A model generated the notes under the pieces. That model worked only from the letters and a program-made list of their open reading frames with translations. It did no database searches and was not told the origin of the DNA. 64,000 bases of DNA. Origin: a virus. The translations under genes were made by a program, and so were the position numbers. Shown here one piece after another: positions 1-11,111 of this stretch (positions are counted from its first letter, which is position 1; every line of letters begins with the position of its first letter). Location: IMG/VR virus record IMGVR_UViG_3300020122_000089, positions 40,059-104,058 of that record, one strand, 5' to 3'.

Positions 1-101
1 TCAAATTCACGAAGAAGCTCAACGCCATCCTCTTCTTCTTTATCATTTAGAATAGAGAGGATTTTGAATCTAAGATCGTTTGCGCGTTGCGTTATATCCA
101 T
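1..101 (-). CDS. hypothetical protein, partial (runs off the left edge; MDITQRANDLRFKILS...)
   Basis: ATG at 101 directly after the stop of the upstream tail gene; frame open to the window edge. Confidence 0.45.
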   Translation of the reverse strand, partial: MDITQRANDLRFKILSILNDKEEEDGVELLREF

Positions 102-2699
102 TTAGGTTCCAATGAATCCGCCTACGGCAGGAACGTCGCCACCACCGCCACTGCCAAATTGCTGCTGCCCACCAATCCCACCGGTAGGGACTACGCTGAA
201 AGGCTCTGATGCAACAGGATTTCCCGCTGTAATGCCTAAAGAATTAGTGTTGCGCTCTTTTAGGTTCTTCCTTACAAACTGTACGGGGGTTTTACCCGTA
301 ACCTGCATCACCCTTGCGATTTGTAAGTATGGGCCTGCCGTGTTTATAGTAGTCGAAGTGCGGAAACAAAGATAAGTGTCCTTCGCCGTGAAGGCATCCG
401 CTCTAATCATTGCCGTAGCTTCTACATAGAGAGGGGTGGTGGTGAATAGTGTACTTCCAAGCGAGATAATATCAGACTGCTGGACGGCAGCATGGACGGT
501 TTGTACGGTCGCCGTTCCGCTAAGGTTTGGCGTTACTTCAAACGACTGATCGTTTGTAATTGAAAGGACGGTGCGGACGTCATTGTTGATCGCCACCTCA
601 GCGCCTACCCTTAGTTCGGAGGTTGCAAGACCTAATCCGTTGTGTGAATTAACGGTATGGAGGTTCGCGTTTATATCCCAAGTGTCTGTCAAATCAAAAA
701 GACTCGCCAGTAATAGGTCGAGATTAGCGGTTAAGCTGCTATTAGAGGATAAGAAGAAGGTCCAACTCTTGAAATCGCCTCTTACGATGTTGGTGAATAA
801 ATCCTGTATAATGTACGCCTTATTTGCGGCGGAATCATTTTGACGCCAAAACGCTAAGTGGTTCGCTTGATCCCACCGGCCACGAGTGCTACCGGTTCCA
901 ATTCCAACAAATCCGCCCGTGGATATTCGCCACTGCTGCCAATTGCCCATGGTGGTAGGGGTAGTGCCATCGTCGTTTGTAAAATCGCCATTCCATAGAT
1001 CGTTGTCAAATGCCGTGTTAGGCGAATAATCAATCTGTCCACTCAGGGCTGGTATCGCCACAGAGGCCGCGCTTGTAGTTTGACCAACTGAGTTAGTCAG
1101 TCGAAATTGGCATATAAGCTGGACGTCGCCAAACAGTTTCCTTAATCGTTTTAGCGAAATTGGAATGCTTACTATGGTACCACGATCCGTCACATCGTAA
1201 AATACTACACCTGCGGCGCTAGTTGGGTTATCCAACTAGTTTAGATTCAAGCTAGTAGTCGCTGCAAAATCCGAGATGTTTAACTCTACCAATTTAACAG
1301 AAGCGATATTCGTAGCGTTCGCCATTGGCAGCTTGCAATGTAATTTGCCTCTTACAAAGAAAAACTTGGGCGCATCTGGAAGAACCGGCGCCGTTAAGTC
1401 CGCCGGTATATCGTCTGGTACGCCTGTCGAAAAAGAGGCTCGGGTAAATGTAAGCTGTAATCCACCTATCGCGGTAATTACCACCTGTAGATCGTAAGTC
1501 TGAGATGGCTTGAACCTTGCGCCATCTGCGATAACTATAGATTGGGCACCTGCGACTACTAATTCATTATGTTTCAAGGTGGTTTTGTCTATAAAAAGAA
1601 CATAAGCACCTACACTTTCAGAAGATAGCTTCCGGAAGACTTTGACATTTTTAGGCGCCACTGGCGTTGCAGGTTGCGTAAAATTTAAGGTTAACTTAGC
1701 CGCCTTTGAAGTGTAAGGAGGCGTTGTACTATCTATTGAAAGACTTGGGCTAGTCAGTAGTGTAGGGTCAACTGAAAACCCTCCGGCTGAAAAAGTGCAT
1801 CCACCGCCCGTACTTACGGATTTGTCATTTCCAATCCAGGTGATGTTTGCGGTCCAGTTTATTTGATCGCCTGGAATGTATCCTGTCTGTGTGATGTCTA
1901 CAAATCCTCGATTAACCTTAGTTGGGGAGTTTGGATCTACCTGTGTTAGCTCAACGCCATTCAAAACGTGTGTAATATGCTTTGCAACGAAACTACCTGA
2001 TTTAGCCACTACCACGACGGTATCAGAATTTGAAGCACCCCACGTTTGGGCATTACCAGATGCGTCGAGTGGTGCCCAAACCCTGTAAGTAACAATTGCT
2101 TTATAGTCTAGGTTTGGGTCTAATCCGTTTGCTGCAATTGCGCCTCCGACTATGCCACCCGTTATCCCTTGTATAAGTCCGCAGTTAGGATCCGATGGAA
2201 CGCCAAACAGTGACCCTAACGAAAACGTAATGAGATAATCAGATTCGTTTCTTGGTGAATCAGGAAAATCAATCGCAGGATTCTGTGTTCTCGCTCCATT
2301 TGAGTCTACAGAAACGAGCTTGATACAGCCATATTTCTTCCCTGCGTATAGCGGGATTGGAAAATCAAAGTCAAATACTGGCGGCGTCGGGGATGGTATT
2401 TCAATGTCGGCCGAGTTTATTCGCCATGTCACTGTGACGGGACTACCGGTACCTGTATACTCTTCTAATACCACCTTGAGCTTATTAGTATTGAACGGAA
2501 CTGCACATCTGAGAGTTACTATTACCCTGCCGTTTTTGCCAGGCTTTGTAGCCACAGGCCACGGGCCTATAGGCGTTAGGTCTGTAGGATTGCCCGCACC
2601 AGTAGTTCCTGTGCTTGAAGATTGCGCTGCAATTTGCTGGCGCAGGTCCTCAAGCATGTTCTGCGTCGTTGGATAATCTATGTCGCCGCCTATACCCAT
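102..2699 (-). CDS. virion/tail structural protein, interrupted by one in-frame TAG at 1236-1238 (487 aa + 377 aa in the same frame)
   Basis: ORFs 1236..2699 and 102..1235 are contiguous in one frame (AAC TAG TTG). Thr/Gly/Ser-rich beta-type sequence, located after the other tail genes. Confidence 0.55.
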
Positions 2700-2743
2700 T
2701 TCCTACTTGACCTTTTGACGTAAATATGTTATATTAAACACCG

Positions 2744-3646
2744 ATGACCAGAATACATACATTAAACGAGTCGCGTTTTGCACGGGTGGATTCTGAGGAT
2801 GCGGCCTATTGGTTAGGCTTTATTGCCGCTGATGGATGCGTGACCGACCAGGGTGATTTCGCCATACAGCTTGCCAGGCAGGATGAATGCCACCTCCATG
2901 ATTTACGAGATTGGTTTGGCAGTACACACGCCATCAGTCGTAAAGAACTACCATACCCTTCTTCATCTTTTACATTTCGATCACGTATAATCGCTGATAA
3001 TCTTGCCAGGTATGGGGTCACCCCTAGAAAATCCATAACCTTAAATTGGCCGTCAGAATTAAACCCCACCTTATATCGTCATTATATCCGTGGATATGTC
3101 GATGGCGGCGGAGGGTTATATTCCGGTAAGGCTCGATCAAACCAATCAACCTTCCATTTTAGCGTCATCGCCACTAAAACATTTGCAGATAAGCTACAGT
3201 CGGTGCTGATGTCAGAGTGTCGATTAAAGAAAACTAAGCTAGGTAAAAGTAAGGCTGGAATGGTTATTGTTGAATACGGAGGATTCTTGCAAGTTAAGAG
3301 AATTTTTCATTATCTTTACGATGGCGCTACTGTTTATTTATTGCGTAAACGATTTCCGATTCAATTAGCATTAAGCATGCACGTAAGACCTTCTAGCCAA
3401 CCAACCGACGAGCAGTATCAAAGGTGCGCAACATTGCCGCATGATGAAATTTGCCAACTATATATCGATGGTGATAGCACTGTTGACCTTTCTCGTAAAT
3501 ATAATGTTTCCATTGGCGCTATAACAAGTATAGTAAGGAAACATGGGCTATTAAGATCAACCAAGGAGGGTACGAGACTATACTGGGTAAGAAAGGGTAG
3601 CGAAATTCTTCCGGAGGAAATCAAATCCGAACTGGATGTTCTATGA
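2744..3646 (+). CDS. free-standing double-motif LAGLIDADG homing endonuclease with C-terminal HTH
   Basis: Motifs YWLGFIAADG and YIRGYVDGGG. Inserted antisense between tail genes with its own promoter (TTGACC 2707, 17 bp, TATATT 2730). Confidence 0.85.
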   Translation: MTRIHTLNESRFARVDSEDAAYWLGFIAADGCVTDQGDFAIQLARQDECHLHDLRDWFGSTHAISRKELPYPSSSFTFRSRIIADNLARYGVTPRKSITLNWPSELNPTLYRHYIRGYVDGGGGLYSGKARSNQSTFHFSVIATKTFADKLQSVLMSECRLKKTKLGKSKAGMVIVEYGGFLQVKRIFHYLYDGATVYLLRKRFPIQLALSMHVRPSSQPTDEQYQRCATLPHDEICQLYIDGDSTVDLSRKYNVSIGAITSIVRKHGLLRSTKEGTRLYWVRKGSEILPEEIKSELDVL

Positions 3647-5333
3647 ACAAACCCTCCGCACCCACAACCTGCTTGCCGCCAGCATCGCTACCGCTCATCC
3701 CTATTGCAAAACTATGAATTTCCTGGATATCTAAATGCTTGAACTGGCCTGTTTGATTCGCACCTTGAGAAATGTTTGTTCCTTGCGCATTTGACGTTGA
3801 GAGATTAAGATCGCTATAGATATCGAGCCGGTGGGCAACGTCTGCAATCGACTCGGCGCCTATAAAGGTTTTTCCAAACGCGGCAAAATCACCTGCTTGA
3901 AATTGAGATACTAAACTCCAACCTGTACCGCCGCCTGTTTCGGGGGTGTAAAGATTACCTGCCGAGTCAGAGAACAAAGCCCTTCCGTTTACAGTATCAG
4001 TTACCGCTGTAACTATCGAGGCAGGCATGTCCATTGGGGTGTTCCATTGGGCGAGATAACGATTGTAGGAGATACCGATCGAGCCATTAACATAAAATAC
4101 ACTATCCGATGCGGGGTCGTAACATACCACCACGTTGCCAGCGGCATACCCGTTAGCAGCAAAAAATTGCATAACAGGGGCGGCGAAAGAGGTTGCTTCG
4201 TCGTTCGGGTCGCGATAAGAGCTGCCACCTAAACTGTATCTATCTCTGACAGGGCCGCGAGTGCCAAGCCAGGCGTATATCTCACCTCCAACGGTGGCGA
4301 TTTGATTTGCACTTACCACACCTGTGGTTGGCCAAATTGGGTAGACGTTTAATGGGCTAATAGTGCTCTGTGATGCTGATACAAGATTCACACTTGAAGC
4401 GGTACAAACAAGGACCCGACCTTCAACGCCACTTCCTTTTACAGCAGTAATCGTTCCACCGCCGGGAATGAATAATACAAAACTTACGGGATAGGCTTCT
4501 GGCTTGTTTGGGTACGAGGGGGATAATCCAGCACCACCATAACATCCTGCCGCTACTATGACAGAATTGATTGCAAAACAAAAACCACAGGTGGGCGGAA
4601 CGCTGAAGGTCTGAGGAGCTAAATCGCCAAGCTGCGCGTCTATCCATCCAGGGGTTGTGTCGTTTGGTACTTGAATCGTATATGGAAGAGTCGGAATAGT
4701 AGTGTCGTAAAGATGAAAGTAAGGACCGATAGAACCAAACCCGCGCTTTGTAGCGTAAATGCCTATCTTGTTTGCACCAGCAGGAAGGCCGGGAAGGGCT
4801 GTGATATTTATTCCATGATTAGTGACTGATATGACATTTGAAGGTGCGCTGACGCTCGATTCGCCACCTGTTAAGGACCTGATTCCAGTAACGGCAATTG
4901 AATAAGCACCATTGTTATGCCCGGCGACGCCACTATCGGCTATTGTTGGCGCGCCTGGTGGTAAGAGGCCAGCAGCTACGGCCGAGCTTCCTGTGTAAAT
5001 CGTTACCGATCCGCCTTGAACAGCGCCAAGCGTTACGCCGCCAACCCTTGCAAATCCAGAGCCAGCGAAGAAATAAATTCCATTGCCAAAAGCCTGTACT
5101 ATACTTCCGCCACCGCTTAACCCTCCATAAGTAGAGGCGACATTTAATAGCGGATTCACGCCACCTGAACTAGCAACGGACCCACCAAAGCCTTTCGAGG
5201 TAATTAGTAACCCTTTACCACGTACCCATAGATTTTTACCGGCCAATAGGGTATGTGGTACGCCAAAGATTGGCGCAGTAGAGGGCCAATAGCCGTTTTC
5301 AAAGAAAAATCTCGCGGGTATTCTATCGCTCAT
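3621..5333 (-). CDS. putative tail/nozzle (head-stabilisation-type) structural protein
   Basis: 570 aa, Gly-rich beta-strand pattern, position after adaptor-like genes; family assignment is inference. Confidence 0.5.
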   Translation of the reverse strand: MSDRIPARFFFENGYWPSTAPIFGVPHTLLAGKNLWVRGKGLLITSKGFGGSVASSGGVNPLLNVASTYGGLSGGGSIVQAFGNGIYFFAGSGFARVGGVTLGAVQGGSVTIYTGSSAVAAGLLPPGAPTIADSGVAGHNNGAYSIAVTGIRSLTGGESSVSAPSNVISVTNHGINITALPGLPAGANKIGIYATKRGFGSIGPYFHLYDTTIPTLPYTIQVPNDTTPGWIDAQLGDLAPQTFSVPPTCGFCFAINSVIVAAGCYGGAGLSPSYPNKPEAYPVSFVLFIPGGGTITAVKGSGVEGRVLVCTASSVNLVSASQSTISPLNVYPIWPTTGVVSANQIATVGGEIYAWLGTRGPVRDRYSLGGSSYRDPNDEATSFAAPVMQFFAANGYAAGNVVVCYDPASDSVFYVNGSIGISYNRYLAQWNTPMDMPASIVTAVTDTVNGRALFSDSAGNLYTPETGGGTGWSLVSQFQAGDFAAFGKTFIGAESIADVAHRLDIYSDLNLSTSNAQGTNISQGANQTGQFKHLDIQEIHSFAIGMSGSDAGGKQVVGAEGLFIEHPVRI

Positions 5334-5430
5334 TTTCTTCCGGAAGAATTATTTTCTTGACATCTGATCGGAATTAACATATAGTTAATAACGTAGACGA
5401 TAGGAATCGTCAAAAGGGAGGGAAAGATCG

Positions 5431-5643
5431 ATGTCGTTCAACATTAAAGAAGAAATTGAAAAATTGCCGCTGTCGAAACAGCATGAATTACGTCACATCC
5501 TAGCGACCAATAGCTGGCCTGGATGGGACCTACTAAGACTTCTCGGAGAGGAATCAACATTGATGACCGTCGGTGAAGAATGGGTAGATGACGCTATGGG
5601 GTATTTTAATATTCCGCCTCATGGTACATCGTTTACGGGATAA
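5431..5643 (+). CDS. hypothetical protein
   Basis: TTGACA/TATAGT promoter and GGGAGG Shine-Dalgarno upstream. Confidence 0.6.
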   Translation: MSFNIKEEIEKLPLSKQHELRHILATNSWPGWDLLRLLGEESTLMTVGEEWVDDAMGYFNIPPHGTSFTG

Positions 5644-6216
5644 TCAAAATAGCTTAGGTCTGTCCATTGGGCGGCCGTTAACCTTTGCGGCCGTCCTTGC
5701 GTATTCAATCGCCATAGTGCTGGTTTGTACACCAGAATAAGCGGCATGGAGTTCGTCTATGTCACCTTCGATTGATTGAACATGGCCGCAAAGATGGCAT
5801 CTGTTAGCCCAAACCATCCCCCCATGGCTACTAGAGTAGTGGCGGAATATCCTTTGATAATGCGGATGCTGCTTTAGATCGGGCTCTCTTTCGCCTGCTT
5901 CGATTGCCTTTCCATGTTGAACGTAGTCCGTGGTATCAACCATGTGAACGCAATCACACCGCTCGCGATCGTCTATTTCTTCGCCGTCTTTTAATGATTG
6001 AATGAACTTTAGATTCTCAGGGTCAACTTCTATTACAAGGGCCTCATTCCAACGCCCCATCCTCATGAGTGCTTCTACAAGCTGGGCGCGGCTGCCTACC
6101 TCTTGGCGTTGCGAGACGATGAGAATCTTATCGTCGATAGTGAGAGACTCCATCTCCGCTAAACTGCGCGGTTCTTCTATCGGCATATATGGTATTTTTT
6201 CGCTTGCTTTTGGCAT
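5644..6216 (-). CDS. hypothetical protein with CxC and CxxC motifs
   Basis: 190-aa ORF in late-operon orientation. Confidence 0.6.
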   Translation of the reverse strand: MPKASEKIPYMPIEEPRSLAEMESLTIDDKILIVSQRQEVGSRAQLVEALMRMGRWNEALVIEVDPENLKFIQSLKDGEEIDDRERCDCVHMVDTTDYVQHGKAIEAGEREPDLKQHPHYQRIFRHYSSSHGGMVWANRCHLCGHVQSIEGDIDELHAAYSGVQTSTMAIEYARTAAKVNGRPMDRPKLF

Positions 6217-6242
6217 TTGGTTGTGCTATACTAGCTCGCGTT

Positions 6243-7181
6243 ATGGATAGAAAACTTATTATCGAGGCGATGGACGGTAAATTAGCCGCAATAGCTAAGT
6301 GCGAATCCGATCTTCGTGTAAGAGCTGAATTGCGCCAACCGGAATATCGCCAAGAGGTTCAACGTGAACAAATGATGCTTGAGGCTGGCGAAATATATCG
6401 CTGGACGCAAGAAACGATTGGCATAGCAAAGGCTTCGACAGTAACATTTCCATTAGACGCCAAATTCGACAGGTCTTGGCTTTATACCCCTGCCGGATGG
6501 TGGTGGCTTGGTAGGGATGCAAATCTCATCGTGCATTCACCCGACCCTGCACATAACGGCATGCGCCAGCGTGTTTGCGCTATTTCGTATGGGCTATTTG
6601 ACGGCGGCGCTGCGGCATTTTTATCTGACCGATCCGCCATTAAAGATTCGCTCAATAGTAAGCCGCTCGTTCTACTCGGTGCATTTACCTATGACCACCT
6701 TGAGAAGCAGATCGGGCCAGTTCCTAGCTGGTACGGATTTTGGCCAGAAGGCGAAACACTAGAACAGACATTGAAGCGCGAGACTAGCACCCCTGATAAA
6801 TATCGAATATGGAGTAAAAACGGCATTCAGATTCTACCATTTTTCGCCGCCGCGAGCCTTTGGCTTCAGCAAAAGATTGTCTCTTTGCAATCTGTCAAGT
6901 ACGACGGTAAGGGCAATCCGCCACGGCGATTCAGACGTAAGGATGCGAAATGGAGCGTTCAAATTATTAGATTGCGCCGGCGTGAAAATATCTCGCAGTC
7001 TACTAATTCTCATGGCGATATTGAATGGACGTGTCATTGGGTCGTTAAAGGCCATTGGCGAAATCAATTTTATCCATCCACAAACACTCATCATCCGATA
7101 TGGATCGACCCTTACTTAAAAGGCGACGAGACAAAGCCATTAAAACTTCATCCTGATCGTGTTTACGTAGTACAAAGGTGA
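6243..7181 (+). CDS. phage hypothetical protein (C-terminal HWVVKGHWRNQ...WIDPY motif)
   Basis: Start moved to ATG 6243, downstream of promoter TTGCTT 6204, 17 bp, TATACT 6227. Confidence 0.65.
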   Translation: MDRKLIIEAMDGKLAAIAKCESDLRVRAELRQPEYRQEVQREQMMLEAGEIYRWTQETIGIAKASTVTFPLDAKFDRSWLYTPAGWWWLGRDANLIVHSPDPAHNGMRQRVCAISYGLFDGGAAAFLSDRSAIKDSLNSKPLVLLGAFTYDHLEKQIGPVPSWYGFWPEGETLEQTLKRETSTPDKYRIWSKNGIQILPFFAAASLWLQQKIVSLQSVKYDGKGNPPRRFRRKDAKWSVQIIRLRRRENISQSTNSHGDIEWTCHWVVKGHWRNQFYPSTNTHHPIWIDPYLKGDETKPLKLHPDRVYVVQR

Positions 7182-7188
7182 AACCGCC

Positions 7189-7554
7189 ATGCCAATAGAT
7201 TATGCCGCTATCGCAAAACGTCTTGATGAAAGAAAGAAGATTTACAATAAGCCGCATCCGTGGGAGGAAGGGTTTTCGATTGAATTGTATGCAATTGATT
7301 GGATGGAATACCGCATTCTAAAACTCAATAGAGAATCGGATGAATATGCTACGTGGTATGAATCCTATCGTGCCAATAATACAATGGGTAGATTCTTCCG
7401 AACGCATTGCGGCGTCTCTGCTATTGAATTACTCACAAAACTTCTTCATGGACAAATCACGCTACCGCACTCCGAACGCACGTTATGTCCTCGATGTAAT
7501 CTAATCCGTGAACAAAGAAAGATGGCAAAGAATCTAAAGTGGAGTAAATCATGA
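7189..7554 (+). CDS. hypothetical protein
   Basis: 121-aa ORF directly after the previous gene. Confidence 0.55.
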   Translation: MPIDYAAIAKRLDERKKIYNKPHPWEEGFSIELYAIDWMEYRILKLNRESDEYATWYESYRANNTMGRFFRTHCGVSAIELLTKLLHGQITLPHSERTLCPRCNLIREQRKMAKNLKWSKS

Positions 7555-7563
7555 TGCCGCTTG

Positions 7564-8178
7564 CTATTGCGATGGTGCGCCAGGTAATTGGGGCGCTGCA
7601 TCTGCTGTTTCCGCTTGTCTAATTACTTCATTCAATGCGCCGCTTTCAAGTATAATCGCTGCGCCGATGTCCGCGATATTGTCAAATAATTCCCCGTCAA
7701 ATACTGCGTCTGTCAAATCCGCCGGAACTTTTTGCCCTACCAATTGAATTGAGGTTCCGGCAGGGATACTGCCTAGGTTATCACGGACAAAAAGATTTTG
7801 CTCAAAAAAGGTATAGTAGAGGTAGTCATTGTCGGGTATGGGCGGTGGGTTCATTAGGTCATGATACGTAGGTCTGAATTTAAGTCCAAATCGCACTCCG
7901 GTCATGGTAATACGGATGTGTTTTCTAGCCTTACGTGAGAGTAGTAAGGTAGGTGCTAGATTATGAACAGGCACCTGCCCTGCGTTTAAGGTTAAATCCC
8001 ATTCGTTTTGAAGAAGTGGAAAGAGATAGTCATCCGCCGCAACACGGTCGGCTAGTCTTTGTAGGGCGGTTGGGATAGTGGACTGTATAGAAACGCGCCA
8101 CAGTTTGCCTTGAGGTTGTGGAAGGCCTTTCGCCAGCCTTAGCCACACTGTATCTACATATTGCTGTACGGTTGCCAT
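7564..8178 (-). CDS. putative head-tail adaptor / tail tubular protein
   Basis: About 200 aa with helix-beta-helix layout, located in the structural block; inference. Confidence 0.45.
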   Translation of the reverse strand: MATVQQYVDTVWLRLAKGLPQPQGKLWRVSIQSTIPTALQRLADRVAADDYLFPLLQNEWDLTLNAGQVPVHNLAPTLLLSRKARKHIRITMTGVRFGLKFRPTYHDLMNPPPIPDNDYLYYTFFEQNLFVRDNLGSIPAGTSIQLVGQKVPADLTDAVFDGELFDNIADIGAAIILESGALNEVIRQAETADAAPQLPGAPSQ

Positions 8179-8196
8179 TTGTTTCTTCCGGGAGAA

Positions 8197-8907
8197 TTAA
8201 GCCGCCTGACCTGCCATTTTTGCGGCAATGTTCTCCCTTACCTGAGAAGGAATCGACCCTTCGCCACTTGCAATTGCGCTTAATCCTTGTTGGAACATTT
8301 GACCCCAACCACCCATTGGGCCTACATTTTCCCCTTCCACCGGAACGGCAAGTGACATAGCGCCACAAGTGACCACCCATCTGTATTCATCTGCCGCTTG
8401 ACAGGCTGAGGCTTGTGTGAATGTTGGGGCGGTTACATTAACACTCACCGATCCGCCGCCGCTACGAGCGGCTATCAAGGCACCGTTGTGGAAGATGACC
8501 TTGCCGTCTGTCGCATAGTGGCAATCGAAGTCTAGCCCTAATGGATTAGCCGAGACATGGGTTAATTCGTATTGTATCTCGGCAGGGTCCCATTCGATGC
8601 CTGGACGGTTGCCTGGCGCCGTCCCTCCTGTTACCACAAATACGACACTCGCCATTGGGCCGGCCATTGCCAATAGGGTGCCGCCATGCGCAAGACCGGA
8701 TTGGGTGGAGTAGTAGAGGGCCGATCTGCCATTATCCTTATTTCTAAAGGTGGCCGCGCAGACTATAGCGTCCGCGGTTAGGATTAGGTCGGTAACCTGA
8801 TTGGTATTCCAACGGGGGTCCACCACCACACCCGAATATTGGCCAGGGGTGCCGGCATTTAAGAGCGTGATGCAATCCGCGAGGACCGTTGCCAGGCTTA
8901 CAGCCAT
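8197..8907 (-). CDS. putative head-tail adaptor-like structural protein
   Basis: N-terminal helical pattern (LATVLADCITLL...DPRWNTNQVTDLI) typical of phage adaptors; position. Confidence 0.45.
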   Translation of the reverse strand: MAVSLATVLADCITLLNAGTPGQYSGVVVDPRWNTNQVTDLILTADAIVCAATFRNKDNGRSALYYSTQSGLAHGGTLLAMAGPMASVVFVVTGGTAPGNRPGIEWDPAEIQYELTHVSANPLGLDFDCHYATDGKVIFHNGALIAARSGGGSVSVNVTAPTFTQASACQAADEYRWVVTCGAMSLAVPVEGENVGPMGGWGQMFQQGLSAIASGEGSIPSQVRENIAAKMAGQAA

Positions 8908-8950
8908 TTGCTACTTGACTCCGTTTGGAAATAGTAGTATAATATAGCCC

Positions 8951-9832
8951 ATGCGTAGATTTAACCGAATCAAAAAAGAGTGCCTACATGATAAAGAGCC
9001 GGACGGCGCGGTGCATATTCCACTTGGACATGGGCAATGTGCTATAGTTGACATGGAAGATTATCCGACATTGATAGCATACAACTGGATGGGTGGGCGA
9101 TATGCGTATACAGTCATCGGCGGACGTAAAAACCCCCAAAAAATTTACATGCATCAACTAATACTATCAACACCAAATGGGCGTCAGGTGGATCATAGAG
9201 ACAGGAATCGGATGAATAATAGACGTATAAATCTAAGGCCAGCCACCGCATCCGAACAGGGACATAACAAGTCGGTTAGTAGTTCTAGTACAACGGGCTA
9301 TAAAGGCGTGTCGCGCTCTGGCAATAATTTTTGTGCATATATTAAGACAAACGGGCATCGAATCATTCTTGGCACATTTATTACCGCAGAGGGTGCTGCG
9401 TATATCTATGACGATGCGGCTAGGATTCATTTTGGAGAATTTGCAGCCTGTAACCTTCCTCCCGATCCTCAGAAGGTAATTCAGGCAAAGCTCAGACAAT
9501 GCAAAAGAAGGGGCCACCCTCTCCATATCGGCGTATATCGTAGGGGCGATAAATGGGCGGCGCAGTTCAAAAAGGATGGCGCATGGATTCATTTAGGTCT
9601 ATTCGCGACAGAGCAAGAGGCGTACCAAGTAACGGTGTTGGCTACTAACGGAGATTTCACCAAAAAGAAACCAGGTGAAGCGCAAAGAAAATTCACAGCC
9701 GAACAGATACTGGATATCAGGAAAATGCGTCGCGACAAGGTGCCTTATTCTACCATCGCCACGTATTTCTCTACTTGTATTGCTACGATTCAAAGTATAG
9801 TTTCGTATAGGTCCTATAAGGATATCCCCTAA
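8951..9832 (+). CDS. free-standing HNH endonuclease with AP2 DNA-binding domains
   Basis: MHQLIL...VDHRDRNRMNNRRINLR (HNH); GYKGV...LGTF...AAYIYD (AP2). Promoter TTGACT 8915, 17 bp, TATAAT 8938. Confidence 0.9.
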   Translation: MRRFNRIKKECLHDKEPDGAVHIPLGHGQCAIVDMEDYPTLIAYNWMGGRYAYTVIGGRKNPQKIYMHQLILSTPNGRQVDHRDRNRMNNRRINLRPATASEQGHNKSVSSSSTTGYKGVSRSGNNFCAYIKTNGHRIILGTFITAEGAAYIYDDAARIHFGEFAACNLPPDPQKVIQAKLRQCKRRGHPLHIGVYRRGDKWAAQFKKDGAWIHLGLFATEQEAYQVTVLATNGDFTKKKPGEAQRKFTAEQILDIRKMRRDKVPYSTIATYFSTCIATIQSIVSYRSYKDIP

Positions 9833-9973
9833 CCAGCTAATTTCCACCCCTCACAATTTTCATTGCAATCATCAGCCAGCCACAACCTACCGCATTGGCA
9901 TTTGAATACGTGAACTGATTCGGGCGGTAGAATTCTCTTGCAAATGCACATCGTTGTATGTTATAATGCGGCA

Positions 9974-10510
9974 ATGCTTTGGTGTTTATCTAACCGTTGT
10001 GATATACTTGCCTTACCGTTAGCTGATCGCCATTACAATCGCCAAAAGATAGGATCGCCACAATTCGTTCCGCCGGGCAGATGTATTGTCCTGCTAACCC
10101 CTCAAGCGGACGCTCTCTGGGTATCATCTTGGCCGTTAAAGGAATTCACAAAACATGCATGGTCTGGCGCATGGATCAATACATTATTCCGTAATGAATC
10201 TGATATTTTATCAAGCATACTAATTCAAGGGGCGGTAGCCATCACCCGTGGTATTTGGGGCGACCCACCCCGATTAGGTATGGTGACGTTCATTGATAAA
10301 ACCAAGGTAAAGAAGAAACGCGATTGGGGTAGATGCTACCGTCGAGCTGGATTTATTCCAGCGCAATGCCCGATTCATTATCCAGGGGTGACACGCGACT
10401 GCGCCTCTTGTCGTCATGAAACGTCTATCAACCATCTTTTTGCAGTACAGATGTTGCCGACGGCGATGCCCGAACCTAAGTATTTCCCGTCGTTATTTGA
10501 CTATCTTTAA
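9974..10510 (+). CDS. phage protein, possibly Mom-like/GNAT-fold DNA modification enzyme
   Basis: ADRHY...PPG and GRCYRRAGF motifs reminiscent of Mom-like proteins (inference). Leaderless start 6 nt after TATAAT 9962. Confidence 0.4.
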   Translation: MLWCLSNRCDILALPLADRHYNRQKIGSPQFVPPGRCIVLLTPQADALWVSSWPLKEFTKHAWSGAWINTLFRNESDILSSILIQGAVAITRGIWGDPPRLGMVTFIDKTKVKKKRDWGRCYRRAGFIPAQCPIHYPGVTRDCASCRHETSINHLFAVQMLPTAMPEPKYFPSLFDYL

Positions 10511-11111
10511 CCTTTGCAACATTCGCTGGGACAAAGTAATCCGTGTGGCAATCTTTGCATTGATGAACGAATCCGCCTGTTTCGCCAAGGATTTGTTTGT
10601 GTGCGGCATCTTCTTGCATGCCGTATTTTTTCATTGTTGAATCTAGGCGTTCTTTGTACTTCGGGTTGTCGATTGGAGGGTGCCACGGCCCGGCGTCAGC
10701 ACCACACGAAGGGCATTTTCCAGGCCCGTCGGCGGCATGCACCATATCGCCTTCGTATACTTCGCGGCCGTCTACGATTAAGAATCCGTCACCGCAAGGG
10801 ATTTTCTCGATGTTTTCATCCTTTGACATATCTTCGGTGGGCTCTTCGCTTGCCGCCATAGCTTTTGGTTCTTCCGGAAGATTGACAAAAACGGTTAGGA
10901 TATCTTTGCCGTCAAATTGAAGTGTGTATGATTCTTGCGGATCGACAAGAATAGAGCCAGCAGCGCCAACCTCACCAACCCCAGTAATCTCTATCTTATT
11001 GACAGGGGCGGATAAATACCAAGTGAGGCGCACTTTATCGCCCTCTACCTTAGCGGTAAAGCAGCTGATGATACTAGGCGGTGGTGGTTGCTCTATGTTG
11101 TCATCTGGCAT
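10476..11111 (-). CDS. hypothetical protein with Ig-like N-terminus and two CxxC motifs
   Basis: 211-aa ORF coupled to the upstream gene. Confidence 0.55.
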   Translation of the reverse strand: MPDDNIEQPPPPSIISCFTAKVEGDKVRLTWYLSAPVNKIEITGVGEVGAAGSILVDPQESYTLQFDGKDILTVFVNLPEEPKAMAASEEPTEDMSKDENIEKIPCGDGFLIVDGREVYEGDMVHAADGPGKCPSCGADAGPWHPPIDNPKYKERLDSTMKKYGMQEDAAHKQILGETGGFVHQCKDCHTDYFVPANVAKVKDSQITTGNT

